Shown here in pieces: positions 1-13,900 of a stretch of 64,000 nucleotides of DNA; positions within the stretch are counted from its first letter, which is position 1; every line of letters begins with the position of its first letter. This DNA comes from Anolis carolinensis (Eukaryota): NCBI RefSeq assembly GCF_035594765.1, contig NC_085843.1, positions 79,027,971-79,091,970 on the forward strand, given 5' to 3'. A program made the translations under genes and the position numbers. A model generated the notes under the pieces. The model was not told where the DNA came from, made no database searches, and saw only the letters and a program-made list of their open reading frames with translations.

Positions 1-585
1 CTGGATAAATGAATAGTTGCTCTATTTTGCAAGCAGCTCTAATGAGTGCAGTTCCTCATTATTGGAAGACGACAAGTATATAATTAAACGCTATGCTTGT
101 GAAGATAAATACAATTAAAACCACAGGGTGAAGAGACTTGAAAGATGAATCCCTCTAAATCAAGTCTTTTCTAATGAACAGGAAATACAATTAAGGGAAA
201 TAACATATTAAAAACACCTACACAAATATCAAAACATCTCCCGAGTGCATTAAAATGTGTGTGCCTCTAAGAAAGGAGAAGGCTGCATTTCCTTCATAAA
301 ATCAGAGAAACTGAACTCATTCATACCCCAGAGAAAAATTGACACCTCAAAACTTACCAAGCAGAATGCAGCCGGAAGCTGAAAGGAAATCACCACTTTA
401 TTTACATGTTTTTATAATGCCCTGAGCTGATGATTTTAGAAAGCAAGTTATTCATATAGTAGAAAAGGGTTTGGAAGAAAAATAGACTATTTTACATTAC
501 AACAATGTGTTTGCAATGAAAGAAATAAATTGACAACACTTTTTGCCTTTGTAAAACAAAGCAACTATCCGGGTTGCAAAAACAT

Positions 586-796
586 TTTTTAATTTTTTTA
601 TTTATTATGTCAGAAGCGAACTGAGGGTACAATTTGTAATGTATTTAAAAACACAAAGTTAAAAAAACATCTTGGCATTATACTAAATGTCCTTTGACCA
701 GTAGCTGGCCACTTGGAGTGCCTCTGGTGTTGCTGTAAGAAGGTCCTCCATAGGGCATGTGGCAGGTCTCAGACTGCATTGTAATAGGCGGTCTGA
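586..796 (-). mobile_element. Vingi/Ingi-clade LINE, 3' end fragment
   Basis: Minus-strand peptide LLQCSLRPATCPMEDLLTATPEALQVASYWSKDI* resembles the Vingi ORF C-terminus (recalled), followed by a short 3' UTR and A/TAAA-rich tail. Confidence 0.6.
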
Positions 797-1184
797 CCAA
801 AAATATTGATATTCCACATCATTACAGGGAGGAACAACATCTACATTTTCCCACGCTATGGCATGGTTCACACAACCAGTACCAACTATGTACTGGGCAG
901 TTTACATAGGGACGAGCCTGATCAAACATAGATTAAAAACATGAATCAATAAAATTAACAACATTATAACAACATAAAACAACATCATCAAACAATAAAC
1001 AGCCTTCCAAAACATCTACTGCCATGGTGTTTTGTTGCACAGTTATAAGCAGAACTTGAAAAGGTTACTCTAAATTATGACTCTTAGGTAGTAGCTGCTG
1101 TGCTCTCTGTGGAATCTTAGGAGCTGTTATCCAATAATTTGGTGTGGGTTATGAAATGTAAGTCTAATCAACTGTCTTGAACCG

Positions 1185-1186
<2 letters not shown>

Positions 1187-1247
<61 letters not shown>

Positions 1248-1500
1248 TTTATTTATACCCCGCCACCATCTCCCCAACAGGGACTTGGGGCGGCTTACAT
1301 GGGGCCATGCCCAGAACAAAACAGTATAACAAAATATAAAAACAACATATCATAGAGCAATTAAACAATACAGTAAGTAATAATATACATTACAACACAA
1401 GTCAAAGAAACAGTAAAAACAGGGGCGGGCCGCATGAATACAAAGATAAAAAACTCGGGGTGAGAGAGATAAAGGAATAAAAACCACAGAACCGTATTAG
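1187..1500 (-). mobile_element. L2-type LINE 3' tail with (AAT)n microsatellite
   Basis: (AAT)n at 1187-1246 followed by ctttatttataccccgccaccatctcccc...gggacttggggcggcttac, the same terminal motif as the L2 at 51102-52236. Right end approximate. Confidence 0.7.
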
Positions 1501-1983
1501 CTGATATGAGTGTGAATCTCCAAGTATGGTGATATTTGTAGATCTCGAAGAAATCTCAAATTCTGCACTGAACTGGCCTTGTGACAAGGCCAGTTCTCAC
1601 GTCTTACAAGCATTCTAAGCTCCTGGAAGATCTCAAATTCCATGATATTTCTTCCAAATGCCTAGTAATGTCACTATGGAGGCCAGTAGCAATCATACAG
1701 TGAGAGATTGTATCATTACCAGAGTAACCATATTGCTCAGCATCAAAAACAGACACCATCTGCACTCCTTAGAATTTGATGTACAATGTGGGGGTAATGG
1801 GTTTGACCGATACCACAAAATATGATTTTTGCCTTCTTCTATAATGCACATTCTTGAAATGTTCTCCATCCCTAAATTAGGGAAATCACTTATAACATGG
1901 GACACCCAGCAAATACTCTAACACTGGGCAAACACTGAATATGCACATATGTGTGTGCTTGCATGTGGACACACACACACTAA

Positions 1984-2123
1984 GGCCCTTCAACACTGCT
2001 ATATAATCCAGATGATCAAATCAAATAATCCACATATCTGCTTTGAACTGGATTATATGAGTCTGCCATATAATCCAGTTCAAAGCAAATAATCTGGATT
2101 TTATATGGCAGTGTAAAGGTGCC
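1984..2123. mobile_element. Palindromic PIF/Harbinger-like MITE (ggcccttctacactgc family)
   Basis: About 140-bp imperfect palindrome flanked by TAA/TTA; many related copies in the window. Confidence 0.75.
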
Positions 2124-3984
2124 TTAGTCTAATCCTTTGGCTTGGGGGCTGAATTTGCTTTAGGCAAGTAGGTGCAGAACTAAACCAGTGGAGGTTGCAG
2201 ATTATGGGCACTGCAGAACAAAATGTAACTTTTCCAAGTATTGGATTATTGTCAAAGTGGTCACAGTTACCCAACACTATTGGCAGGTAGCCTTTGTATG
2301 CTTCCTTTTCCACATCCCTACATCCTAGCATCCACAATCCAGCCAAGGCATAGAATAGAATTCCTAGAGAAGTGATCTGTTTCGGTCTCTAGAGCTATTC
2401 TGTTATCAATTTTGGGCCATCTTAGCCTCACAAGAGAGAATTCTACAGTCTGGGAGCGGCTGCTGAGAAGGCTGTCTCCTGTCCTCACTTGTGATGGTGA
2501 TGAGACCAAACTCTCATCTGAGATCTTATTGTGAGCAGGTTCATGTCACAAATTGTAAGCAGGCTCAAAGTTGGACATGTGGAAAGGAGATCGGGGACTG
2601 CCAACCTTCAGCAAACATGTAGGAAATGCTCCTTTAGATCAACATTTAGATCAAACAGATGCACACAAGACTGTAGGGACAGCTCTGGCCTGAGAGCCAG
2701 AACAGGCACTACTACCCAAAAAGGACAAGAGACCAGATAAGATGGATCAATAATCTGACTCAGTGCCAGGTAACTTAATTCCTTCCTAATTGGCATCAAT
2801 TTGCAACATAATAAAGATCTCACATAGTATGTGAAAGACTTGGATAACACCCAGTAAAAGATGCAACCACAATCTTTCCAGCCCCACCCATGATGACGAG
2901 TAGCAATGTGGCATGTGTTCATTTTGCACGTTCTATTAAAAATATGCCCTAGAGCAATCTTCCAAAACACCTCAGTGCAATGTCTAACACTCTTAACCAT
3001 GCTGACTTCGGATGCTGGGAGATGTAGCCCATTTCTTGTGTACACCTGTTTGCTAAAAATTGATCTAAAGGAGCATTCCCCAGAAATGTTTGCTGAAGGC
3101 TGGCTTGAACTGATACTGAACTACATGACATAACCCACAAGGACAAGATGATTCATTTACTACCACACACGTGTTGCAGCACTTTACCTCACAAAAAAGA
3201 GTCAAACCAAATGCTGAGTAATCCAAATTCCTGATTATCTGCATTCACTGACAATACACACCAAGACAGAATTAACCTATGCAAATTAGAGGCATTGTGA
3301 TCTGAACTTTGAGACTATTTTAATGTCTCTGTTCTTCTATTTATACATGCATTGTGTTTTATAGGGGATTGCGCTCAATGAAAAAACGTTTCTAAAATAT
3401 CGTAAGGCTTCTGTATCATAACTATAAAAGTATAACAAATTTTTGTTACTTTTTCGTTATGTAATTGTGCAAGTGGGGAAGCTTTCAGGGTTCCTTTCTC
3501 CCAATTTTTTAGAGTATTGTGATGAAACTTGCTACAGTTGTAGAACACATGTACCACTGTCCTCTCCCCCCCCCTGCCCCCCACCCAACATTCAGATTGT
3601 TTCACATATCCACTGATTTTTAGGTTTAAAAAAAGTTTTTATGAACAACATTTAAAAACCTACAAGAGTTGTATCCTTGAATTTCTATTTCCAATGATAC
3701 AACATAACCAGGGTATCATTCCCCCAAGTTTCAGATAGATTTACACATCCACTGATGTTTAGGGAATTTTAGCCAACAAACTTAACAGTACTACTTTACT
3801 GGAAGACCCCACTCCACAAGATAGTTTTGAAAAACTAATCCTTTGGGACTGTTGTCTCAGTAACTCCAGCAGAGATAGTTTCAGATGAAATAACTGAGAA
3901 GAGTTTCCTACCCACATAATGGTTTTGGAAAAATAAAATAAAAAAAACTTCTGCTCCTAGCAGTCACCTCCAGTCACACACCAC

Positions 3985-4206
3985 CACCACCCCAAAAAAA
4001 TTTCAGGTTTTTTTTTTTTTAAAAAAAAAAATCTGGTTTACTCATGAATTTTAACTGATTAACCAAATCCCTGTGAGTGTCCACTGAAGTTTATCAAAGG
4101 AGCCTGATTTCTAAATTATTTTGTGTTATGGAAATACACTTCATGATTTGCTAAAAAAAAGTTTCAACCCCCCCCCCCCCCATTATTTTTCTGGCTATGG
4201 CTCTAG
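3985..4206 (+). mobile_element. Partial hAT MITE, same family as 33846-34150
   Basis: Shares tggtttactcatgaattttaactg..taaccaaatccc and the ttttctggcta.ggc.ct end with the complete copy. Confidence 0.7.
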
Positions 4207-6326
4207 CAGAATCAATAATAAATTAAATTATAGAAGGAAATAAAATAAATATAGAAGACTCCCAGAAGTCTGAATTCCTCCTAATAGCAGTCAGTTACTC
4301 AGTCCTCCTTGCCTCTCTCAGTGTTGCCTAGCCTTAGCCTAGCCTGCTGCTCTGCTCTCTCTCCTTTCTGAGCTTGCAATGCAGGAAGCCTCATGGTGCT
4401 CCTTTATTTAAAGGGGAATGGCTGTGGCTCCACCTCCACTTCCGGCTCTCCCCCCCCCCCCCCCCCTCCATCTTCCGCCTCAGCCCTCAAAGGCTGAGAG
4501 GCATACCAGTTTGGCTTCACCTCCTGGTATAGTTTGCTTGCCCTAGAAATTAAAACTGTGTCACAGAGAGAGTTACAATACTTAAGCAAAAGTACTGGAT
4601 GACAGTTTTGATTCTTAAGTTTTTTGCCTGGGTGCCGCCCGTGTTTTTTAATATCGCGTCATATGTGCAAAGCTTACGAAATAGATCTGATATACAATAC
4701 ACAAATGATTTTTTTGTACAGCCTTAGTGTTTTATTTCAAATCACTGGCATGGAAAAGTGTAATGCAAGCTGCCTGAGAATGTGGTCATCTCCCTTTCTT
4801 GGGCACAATATCTGAAATAAGCAGAAACCCTGTGAAGAGGAATTTTCTGTAGCCTTAGATATGTGTATAGTTTTTCCATCTAGAAGACTGACAGATGTTT
4901 CATTATGAATAATGAAAATGCCGAAACATAAATGAGGTTACTCAAGTACATCTCATTCTAAAATCAGTAGACTGACTTGGGATTCTGGGAACTGAGAACT
5001 AAAAAAGTAAACTTTTCAAGCTCTGCCAATAAGCACCAGCAGATCTTGTTTGAACCACTGTAGTCCTGGAAAGCTATATGGTCTCCTTTTCATTTTTCTA
5101 GAACAATTTTAATGCTTATCAGGACAGCTTTGAGGGAAGAGGCTGGTACATAATCTACATTCAGCTACCTTTCCCCACCTCCACAGGAGTATGAGGTTCA
5201 TATTTCTATAAAGAAAGAAAGGGATGGGGCATCATGAAAACAAAGGGATGAAGCTGATAACCAAGCAGAGGTTGAAAAGTAGGTTTGCACATATCTTTCT
5301 ATTGGGAGAAAACTCAGACATCAATGGGATTGAGCAGTCCCACTTTTTCTCTGACCTCCATTCACATTTCAGCATTTTTTTTTTACATTCTGGTACTAGT
5401 TATTCATTTGATTGCCTCTTTCTTCCATTTCATATACATGTCTTTTAAAATGCTCATCAAAAAGTTTTTTATACATCCAACCTGGATTTCTTCAATAACC
5501 TCCCAGTTTTATTTTTCTTTGGAATGGTTTGAATTCTGCCTTCACTATTTCAGTTTTACAATATGTCAAACAATTATGAACTTCCTTCTCTTTGATATAT
5601 TATTGATCCTTTAGGTAGCATGAATGTGTGAATATTACGTATATGTGTTGAAAAACATAAGCTAAGTTTGCTGACATTGATTTTCTTAAAGTCCAGTGTG
5701 TGTGTGTGTGTGTCTTGGCTTCCCTAGTAAAGTGTATGTGTGTGTGTTTGTGTTTGTGTGTGTGTTTATCCCAGGATAACTACATGGACTTTGTGATCCC
5801 TTCCAACTCTATAAATCTGCGTTTACACTGGCATCAAAACCCAGCCCAATATGTTTAGTATGTAGGGGGAAATCCAGATTGAACAAACAGTGCAGAAATA
5901 TAGTAGTGCATTAGAAAATACCCTCTAGTTCTGGCTTTCAAATTGTGGGTGATGCTGCTTAGTAGATATCCAATTTGCATAGCCTTCCTTCCACAGATAG
6001 AGATCATGCCATGTGTTGGGTGACTCTCATGTCAGGGAAGTACTGTATTGAAACTGTTCTGTATTTTAGTCTGAACTATCCAAAGTGCTGAACTCTATTC
6101 CCAAAATTGATCAAGCATTTTGGGTAGATCCCTTGAAAGGGAGAGCAGATTCGCACCAGGTGTTGTTTACTTAACCATCGGTGCAAAGATTTCCAAAGAA
6201 GTCGCTGGTATTAGGAACAGCTTGAATAATCTGAATGCACATGTTCTCTTGGAAGTTTAGCAGGGCCAGTCTTGATGGGCACTCGGACAGGGGACAACCA
6301 CAGGATACCAGGTGTTGTAGGATATA

Positions 6327-6743
6327 TCCTGTTTCCCCTAAAATAAGACATCCCCAGAAAATAAGACCTAGTAGAGGTTTTGCTGAATTGCTAAATATAA
6401 AGCCTCCCCCGAAAGTAAGACCTAGCAAAGTTTTTGTTTGGAAGCATGCCCGCTGAACAGAACACCAGAGCATGCAGGATCGGTAAATGTACGTACCATA
6501 GAGTGTTGTACATGGAAATAATGGTAGTAACAAGAAATTCTTGATAGGATTCAGTTTGTCTGGTTATACTGGTTTGTGATTACAACTACTGTACAGTATA
6601 TAATAAATGTTCATTTTTTTGTTCAACAATAAATGTGAATTCTTTTTCATGGAAAAATAAGACATCCCCTGAAAATAAGACCTAGCGCATCTTTGGGAGC
6701 AAAAATTAATATAAGACACTGACTTATTTTCAGGGAAACACGG
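6327..6743. mobile_element. Tc1/mariner (pogo-like) MITE
   Basis: TIRs tcctgtttcccctaaaataagac / cttattttcagggaaacacgg, TA flanks, internal gaaaataagac repeats. Confidence 0.8.
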
Positions 6744-7410
6744 TATTTCAGAGGAAGGCAATGGCAAACAATTTCTGAGTATTCCTTGCTTATGTAATTC
6801 ATGTGGTTACCATGAGACAACAGATGACTTGAAAGCAGAGGGAAAGAGAGAGATGTTCTCAAAGTATGTTGCAGGAAAGAGAACAAAGACTCTTCTAGCA
6901 ACTTCATACTGTCAGTGATAACACAAATATCCTGACATTCAGTAAGTCCATTACATACTGCAGTGACAAACCACATGTTAATTGACTTACCAAATACCAG
7001 CTGTTTGTGTTGTTTTAAGCAACAGGTTTGTGAGTGACCAGGGCTAATTGTCACTGTCAGTATTTCTGCATTTCATTTCCTCTTCATCATCTACAGAGGA
7101 TTATATATAAATGAAATTCTATGCATCTCATGAAGTGGATGACAGTCCATGAAAACCAAAGGCATGATAAGTGTGGTATTCATTAAGGCGCTACAAGTGC
7201 AGAGCACCTGGAAAATTATTTTTAGAGCAAACAATAACAGACAGAAGCCACCCATAATTGAGCAGTGGTACAATGAAGCTCAGTGACCCACATTCTTGTA
7301 AACAGTTAATTTGTGTGTTTTCTATCATGCTTTTTATTTCCTTTGCTCAGCAAACTGCTGTGTGGGTGGATGGGTGTGTGTGTCATCCCATGGTAGTTGG
7401 TAACATTTGT

Positions 7411-7850
7411 AGCCCTCTTCTACACTGCCATATAATCCACATTACCAAAGCAGATAATCCACACTATCTGCTTTGAATTGGATTCTATGAGTCTACACTG
7501 CCATATTATCCAGATAAATCAAATAATCTGGATTTTATATGACAGTGTAGATGGAGCCATAGTCAAAGTGATAAGCATTAGCAGCTACAACAGTCTAGTC
7601 CATAAGAAGTTGGAAAAGTCACTCCTCTTTTTTGGACTGCAACACCCTCCCCCAAAAGAAGTTTGTCAAGCTTTGGTTTTATCCATTTACTTTACCTTGG
7701 GCCCTTTCTACACTCTCCTTATATCCCAGGATCTGATCCCAGATTATCTGCTTTGAACTGGATTATATGAGTCTCCACTTCCAGGTAATCCGGTATAAAC
7801 AGATAAGCTGGGATCAGATCATAGGGTATAGGGCAATGTAGAAGGAGCCT
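7411..7850. mobile_element. Two palindromic Harbinger-like MITEs (about 7411-7558 and 7699-7850)
   Basis: ctacactgccatataatcc...ggattttatatgacagtgtag and ctacactctccttatatcccaggatctgatccc...gggatcagatc...gtag fold-backs. Confidence 0.7.
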
Positions 7851-9949
7851 TTGTTTAGTGGGCAAGAATACAATGAAATTACTCTAAGTTTCTCCTCCTG
7901 GAGGCCATGTTACCTTCAGTCTACATCCAGGAAGGAATTCTATGCATAGACAGCATAAAATGAACAGTATGCATTGGCCATTAAAACAGCAGCATGCACT
8001 CTTGTTCTCAACTTGATGGTTAATGGATCATAGTACATTTTGTAAGATAAGCACACAGTTTTGTGTGCTTCCTCATTAGGCCTACTGTTCTCTCTTTCTT
8101 TCGACATAGAGCTTTTTCTACTAATCTAATCAAACCAATTTTATAAAGGAAAGGGAAATTCCATGCAATGAATGCTTTGGTAATCTTTTGAGAGGGTGGT
8201 GGCCCTATTTGGGGAAGTGGTATCTTACTTTTTTTCTCAACAATGCTGTGCTAAGTTCTGTTATCAGTTTGCTAGTGGTGTTGCTATCAGATGCTGAATT
8301 AGAGACCTGTACATCATAGAAGCTTCTGTGGGTCCTGGAATATACCACTTGGTATACATGCTTATGGCATTTCTTGTGATCGTCATAGTTTGCAAGCTCT
8401 TTCCTTAGCTACTTGATATACTCAATGGGTCATATATCATGTGCAAAATAACAATTCGTTGTGAGCTACAGGTTCAAATGGATAGGGTCACCATGTGGTG
8501 CTGCAATGATTTCATTCAAATATTGGAAATAAATAATATATTACATAGCCTGCATGAGATGTTTAGATAAGAAGTCCTGAATAACAATAACTTTTGTTTA
8601 TTCAATGAGCAATGCACCACAGAGCTATTGGTGGTGTTACTTTTGCAAAGAACACTCTTCTTTAGTCACAGGTACAGTACGTACACATACCAGGCTGTTC
8701 ATGTTTAAAACCTCAATTACTTATGGAGTGAGGAAATTACCTTGGAGGATATGCCATATTTGGTGTTAAAGTCTCCTAAATTTACATTTCTAAGTTTTGC
8801 ATCACATCAGAAAATACCAGAAAAAATGGCATTAATATAAAGAGTTGTTTTTTAAGGGAAGAAAAAAGAAAATGTTGTATTGTTTCCATTATATTTTACT
8901 GACATAACAAATTAACCAAATATGGTCTAGGGTATGTAATACAAAATATCTGGAATGTGTCAGAATGAAAAAGGCAATAGTTAAACCCACCTGTTTTAAA
9001 AAGTTGCACATTGGATTGGTATTTTGTGTTGCAGGCATAGTTTAAACACTTCTGATTTTTTGGTCAGACAGCATAGAGCACAGTAAATGCACTTTTTTTG
9101 GATCAGACTATGGTTTAAAGAAGTTATTTTTATGGACTATATCTGGTAGAATACCTTTACATAGCAGGAGCAGTGACTATGCTGGTTTAGAGATTTGGGA
9201 GATACAATCCATAAAGAGGTTTTTACAGCTTTTGATCACATATCTTCTCATAAGGTAAGGATTCTGTTTTAGGAATGTTACATTTTCCCAGTGATGTAAT
9301 ACAATATAATACTAAGAAAATGTTAATTTCCTCCACCTCACCTCCATCTCATGAATTCTGCAGCATATTGAATCAGAATCTGGAATGTGTCCTCGGCAGC
9401 AAACAACACAAAGCCTCTAGTCACATAGCAGACTGAGACAACACAATCACATGTTAGCTTTCAATGAATATTTTGACTAGAAAATTTTAAAGATCTTCTT
9501 TACCTACACCAGCTGCCCTGTGCTTAAAGATTAGTCTCAGAAGCTCTTCTTCCACTCCTGCCAACGAAATCAGTTGGGATAGATGTGTGTGGGAGGAAAG
9601 ACATTTTGAGAGTGTCCCCAAATACTCTGTTGAGGAAATAAGACCCCGTCTTTAAAGACGTACTCATTTCAGGTTCTACTTCTAAGTGAAATAAGTGATC
9701 CTGAAATCGAGCTAAAATTTGGAGGTCCCCTCCTGATAGAGAGGGACCTGAAACTCCTTCAAAAGGGTCCATTTTCCCCGGCAAGAAAGAAAGAGAGCCG
9801 CTAAGAATCAGAGTTTACCAGTCCCAAATAAATCTCACCAGTAGGCTGAAGAAAGAACCACCAAGTGTTTAATGCGATCCAGCTGGAAAGGATGTCAAAC
9901 CGCAATCATTCATCAAGTAAGACATATCATACCACAGAGGATAGCACCC

Positions 9950-10096
9950 TTTATAATGAAAAGACAGGGCGGAGAGGTTTGAATTTCCCGCCCTGTCTCC
10001 CTCCGCCCGCTCTTCGTTGACTGGTTGTTGGAGTGAAGGTGCAAACATCCTGTCTAATCAGAGAGCTATCCCCGCTTCGGCTCCTCAGCCAATCAG
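9950..10096. promoter_or_regulatory. Orphan promoter-like motif cluster (GC boxes, CHR, E2F, NF-Y, minus-strand TATA)
   Basis: GGGCGG 9967-9972, TTTGAA 9978-9983, TTTCCCGCC 9984-9992, CCGCCC 10003-10008, AGCCAATCAG 10087-10096, TTTATA 9950-9955. No associated gene recognised. Confidence 0.4.
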
Positions 10097-13000
10097 AAGT
10101 GAAGGGGCAGTCTGAGTCTTTGACAAAGAGCAACTGAGTGAATTTGTGAATGAATCAGTGGGTCTAATCTGTACATGATGGCACTGATATCTTAAAAAGC
10201 TCTCAAGATGTCCAAAGGTTATTTTCCATGGGTGAAAATATACATATTGATCTGGTGTAGCTTGCCAGATTCCAGTTGTCAAATAGCTGGAGGCAGATCA
10301 GATGGGCGAGTGCTCTGTCAATATATTTGGCCGGGTAAATAGACAAAAGGAATAATCAGGCAGGACGATCTTGGCTTTCCGAAGGCTAAACCGCCCCAGA
10401 TATGAATGTGACAAGGAACCAAGTGATCAATTCCTCTTCTTAGCAGCTGGCTCCGGGACTCAAAAGGGGAGACCAATGTCTATTGTTCCTGCAAGGGGGT
10501 GTGGTGATGTCCTTTTTGTGGAGGGATTATTCTCCCTCCTTGGGAATGAGTGTGGCTTCCTGGCAGCCAGGTCACGCAAATGTGTCTTCTTAATATTTCA
10601 TAATATAGCTCACATATGAGGGACAAAAGGGAAGGGAAACAAGGATACATGGGACACATTCAGAGATCATATCCACCCATCCCACTCCCAGAAAGTCCAG
10701 GATAGACCCCAAGTTTCATAGGAAAGCATAAAACCCCAAGAAGGGAGAAACTGTCAACAAATGTCCATGAAATACGGCCAAACTGGCTAAAGTCCAGTTG
10801 AAAGGGTCAATGGGGCTGTGATGGTCGCCTGAGGCATAAGGGGACCCTTGGATGATCCTCTCTGTGTTCAGCATGCAGTCCGAACTTGATGATCCATGAA
10901 ATGGCGGTGAGGCAAAGAGGCTTGGTTTGACAATCAGCTGTTGTCTCTTTAAATCTGATTCTCATATATATAAAGGTGATTCCCGGCGCGGAGAGGTTCC
11001 AAATGTAAAAAGCAAGATAGCAGTTATGCTTAGGGTTAGTTCAGAAAGAAGCGGTGTGAATTTGGGGTCAATCCATTAAAGCGTGGTTACTGAAACCCTG
11101 GGATCTCCGTAATTGCAGTTTAAAGGAAAGCATTCCAGCCGGCAGCTGACAGCTTGCCAGCAGCTTGAGAAGGGAGGGAAAACATTGCGGGGGGGGGGGG
11201 GTAGTTATTAGTAAGAAAGGAAAGGTTCCCATGCCAGAGACAAGGAAAGATACAAAATAACTACTATGAGAAAGGAAGGTTAGAATATTAGGGATTAGTT
11301 ACATTGTTGGGATAGGGAGGGAGGCAAAAAGGAAACATGTTATAAGCTGCTGTTGGAACACATATTTCATTTAGTGATAGGTCCAGCAGGGCTTTTCTCC
11401 AGATCTGTGGAACTCCCTGCTGCAGGTCAGATTAGGACCTATTATGTTCGACCTCAATCCTACTGAGTGTTTTGATGTTTAAATCATCTTGGTACACTTC
11501 AATTATTTTTAGTTTATAGTGCAGTCCCATGAACTCATTGTATGTATTGGAAATCCTTTCTGGACAATCCATCTTGCTACTGAAAGCTAAGATTGAGGGA
11601 GAGAAAAGAGATCTATCAGAGTACCAGTGGCTGTGCTATTTGCCAGACATCTCCTCAAATTACCTGCCAGTCTATGTCAGCCTGGTAGGTTGCAGAAAGG
11701 AAGAGAGGAAACTTGGAGGAAAGAAGATCTTGAAAGAGTATTTCCTCCTTGATTTCCATTGTACCAGCATTAACATGGTAGGAATAAAAACTCAATTAAT
11801 TTAATCTATATACAATGGTTAGAATTTCTGGTAAGACAAATAGATTTCATAAATTCTGTTCATACCAGTCTCACTTCAGTTTCTCCCAATCCACACTACA
11901 CAACAGCTAGCATAGAATCTGAATGAGCTATTCAATCTACTATAGCAGGGTGTGTGTGAGTGTGTTACTTTGGCCTCCCAGGTGCTTTTTTCGCCCTTAG
12001 ATCCCATCAACATTGTGAGGTCCCAGTTTTCTTTTTGGCTTAATAGTGAACCTAAGAATGAGTTGGGAAAACTGTCTGGCGATTTTTCAGTTAACCTCAA
12101 TACATATATTATCAGACCATTCCTTTTGCATTCCCCCCTCTAATGGACTCATCAAATTCTATCCATTTTAAGCCACAATTGTATCGTGACAATTTGGCAT
12201 GACCACCTTCCTTCAGCAAAAAAAAGGAAAAAAAAGAATGATTCTCAGGGTTATGTTAAGTCTATGCTTCTTAGGACAATTAGTACTTCAGGTTTACGTT
12301 CTAATGTCACAACCCAGGACTTTAAATAGGAAGCTTACGAGTAATGGCTATCTTCGCAAGCAATAAAATGACCACATAGGAAGGAAATTAGACAATTTGT
12401 TCCTCTTAAAGTACAAGTTGGTAACATTAAAAAAATTAGCAACTTGAGACACAGTATTTTTCTATTTCCTTTCCTCAGGATCTCATTTCCTCTTTTTCAA
12501 ACACTTCAGCTTGGGCTCTGTAAAATAATTTGAGTGTAAACTTTAAAGTTAGTTCTCAGCTGTATGAGAACCACTTGGTAACAAATGTCATGATTGTTGC
12601 TAAATGAAGCATTCTGCAGCCTAGCAAAGAAAGTAACATTATCAAGACAAGTTTCTGAAGTCATCATCAGAATTTGTTGCATTTGTTTCCCTGGAAATGC
12701 AAATATACTACCTGCTTTTCCTCCAGTGAGCAAGTGGAAGGCAGTGCACATGGCTCTCTCTTTCCTCTTCTCTATTTTATCCTTAAAGTCCTGAAGTAGC
12801 CAAGTTCAGCGAGTGGCTGGCCAAAGCATTCTGCAAATTGGGACTAAACCCTGGATCACCAACATCCCAACACCACCACCACCACCATCATCATATACTG
12901 ATGTTTTTATACTCATATAATTTATTATATGCATCAATAATTTTAGAATTATAATTTTCATAGCGCTCCTCCTGTTGTATTGTGTTGGATATAGATTATT

Positions 13001-13596
13001 AGCATGGTGCATGTATACACAGAAACATGCTTTATATAGACATGCCAACACTTTCTTTTACCTAATTTGTTCTCTGTGTCCAGGAAGAGAATGAAACCTG
13101 CCAAATTGCCATTCCCTTCACTACCTCACCACCTTCTCTCATCACTGAAGAGATAGGATTGTGGGACATCTTTCTCACTTTTATTTACATTGCTTTCTTT
13201 CAACACAGCTTTATGATTTTTGGTAGAACTGACAGTCAGTTTCATCAAGTTCTTTTCAAAGGTGTTTGACAGTGATGTTGTACTTATAAGATACTATCTA
13301 TGTCATGACCTTGTCATTTTCACCAGGGCAAGTGAGGGCACTGTAAATAGAAGACAGAAAAAGAAAGGGAAATAGAGTACACACAGAAGAAAATACACAC
13401 TCAGTAGATGGCAATATGTAATAGAAGATATTTGTGGGGTGGTAGCATCCACGTGAGGCATATGAAAATGGAGGCAATAAGGACAGCTTTAGGCAAATAA
13501 TGGCAAATACATCAACTGAAGCAGGAGAGTATACCAAACTGCTTCTTCCAGCTCTTGGAAATAATTATTTTAGGGTTTGATTCATGAATATATATA

Positions 13597-13900
13597 CAGT
13601 AGAGTCTCACTTATCCAACACTCGCTTATCCAACATTCTGGATTATCCAACACATTTTTGTAATCAATGTTTTTATTACATCGTGATATTTTGGTGCTAA
13701 ATTCGTAAATACAGTAATGACTACATAGCATTACTGCATATTGAACTACTTTTTCTGTCAAATTTGTTGTATAACATGATGTTTTGGTGCTTAATTTGTA
13801 AAATCGTAACCTAATTTGATGTGTAATTGGCTTTTCCTTAATCCCTCCTTATTATCCAACATATTCGCTTATCCAACATTCTGCTGGCCCATTTATGTTG
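13597..13900. mobile_element. Tc1/Tigger-like MITE truncated by assembly gap
   Basis: TA + cagtagagtctcacttatccaac TIR; same family as 27444-27910. Confidence 0.85.

Noticed and set aside
2531-3146. Cluster of 65-145 aa ORFs
   Set aside because: No recognisable domain or convincing splice structure; consistent with chance ORFs.
9524-10900. Coding exons, retrogene or endogenous viral protein next to the orphan promoter
   Set aside because: The frames I translated gave short peptides with no similarity I could recognise; left open pending tBLASTx.
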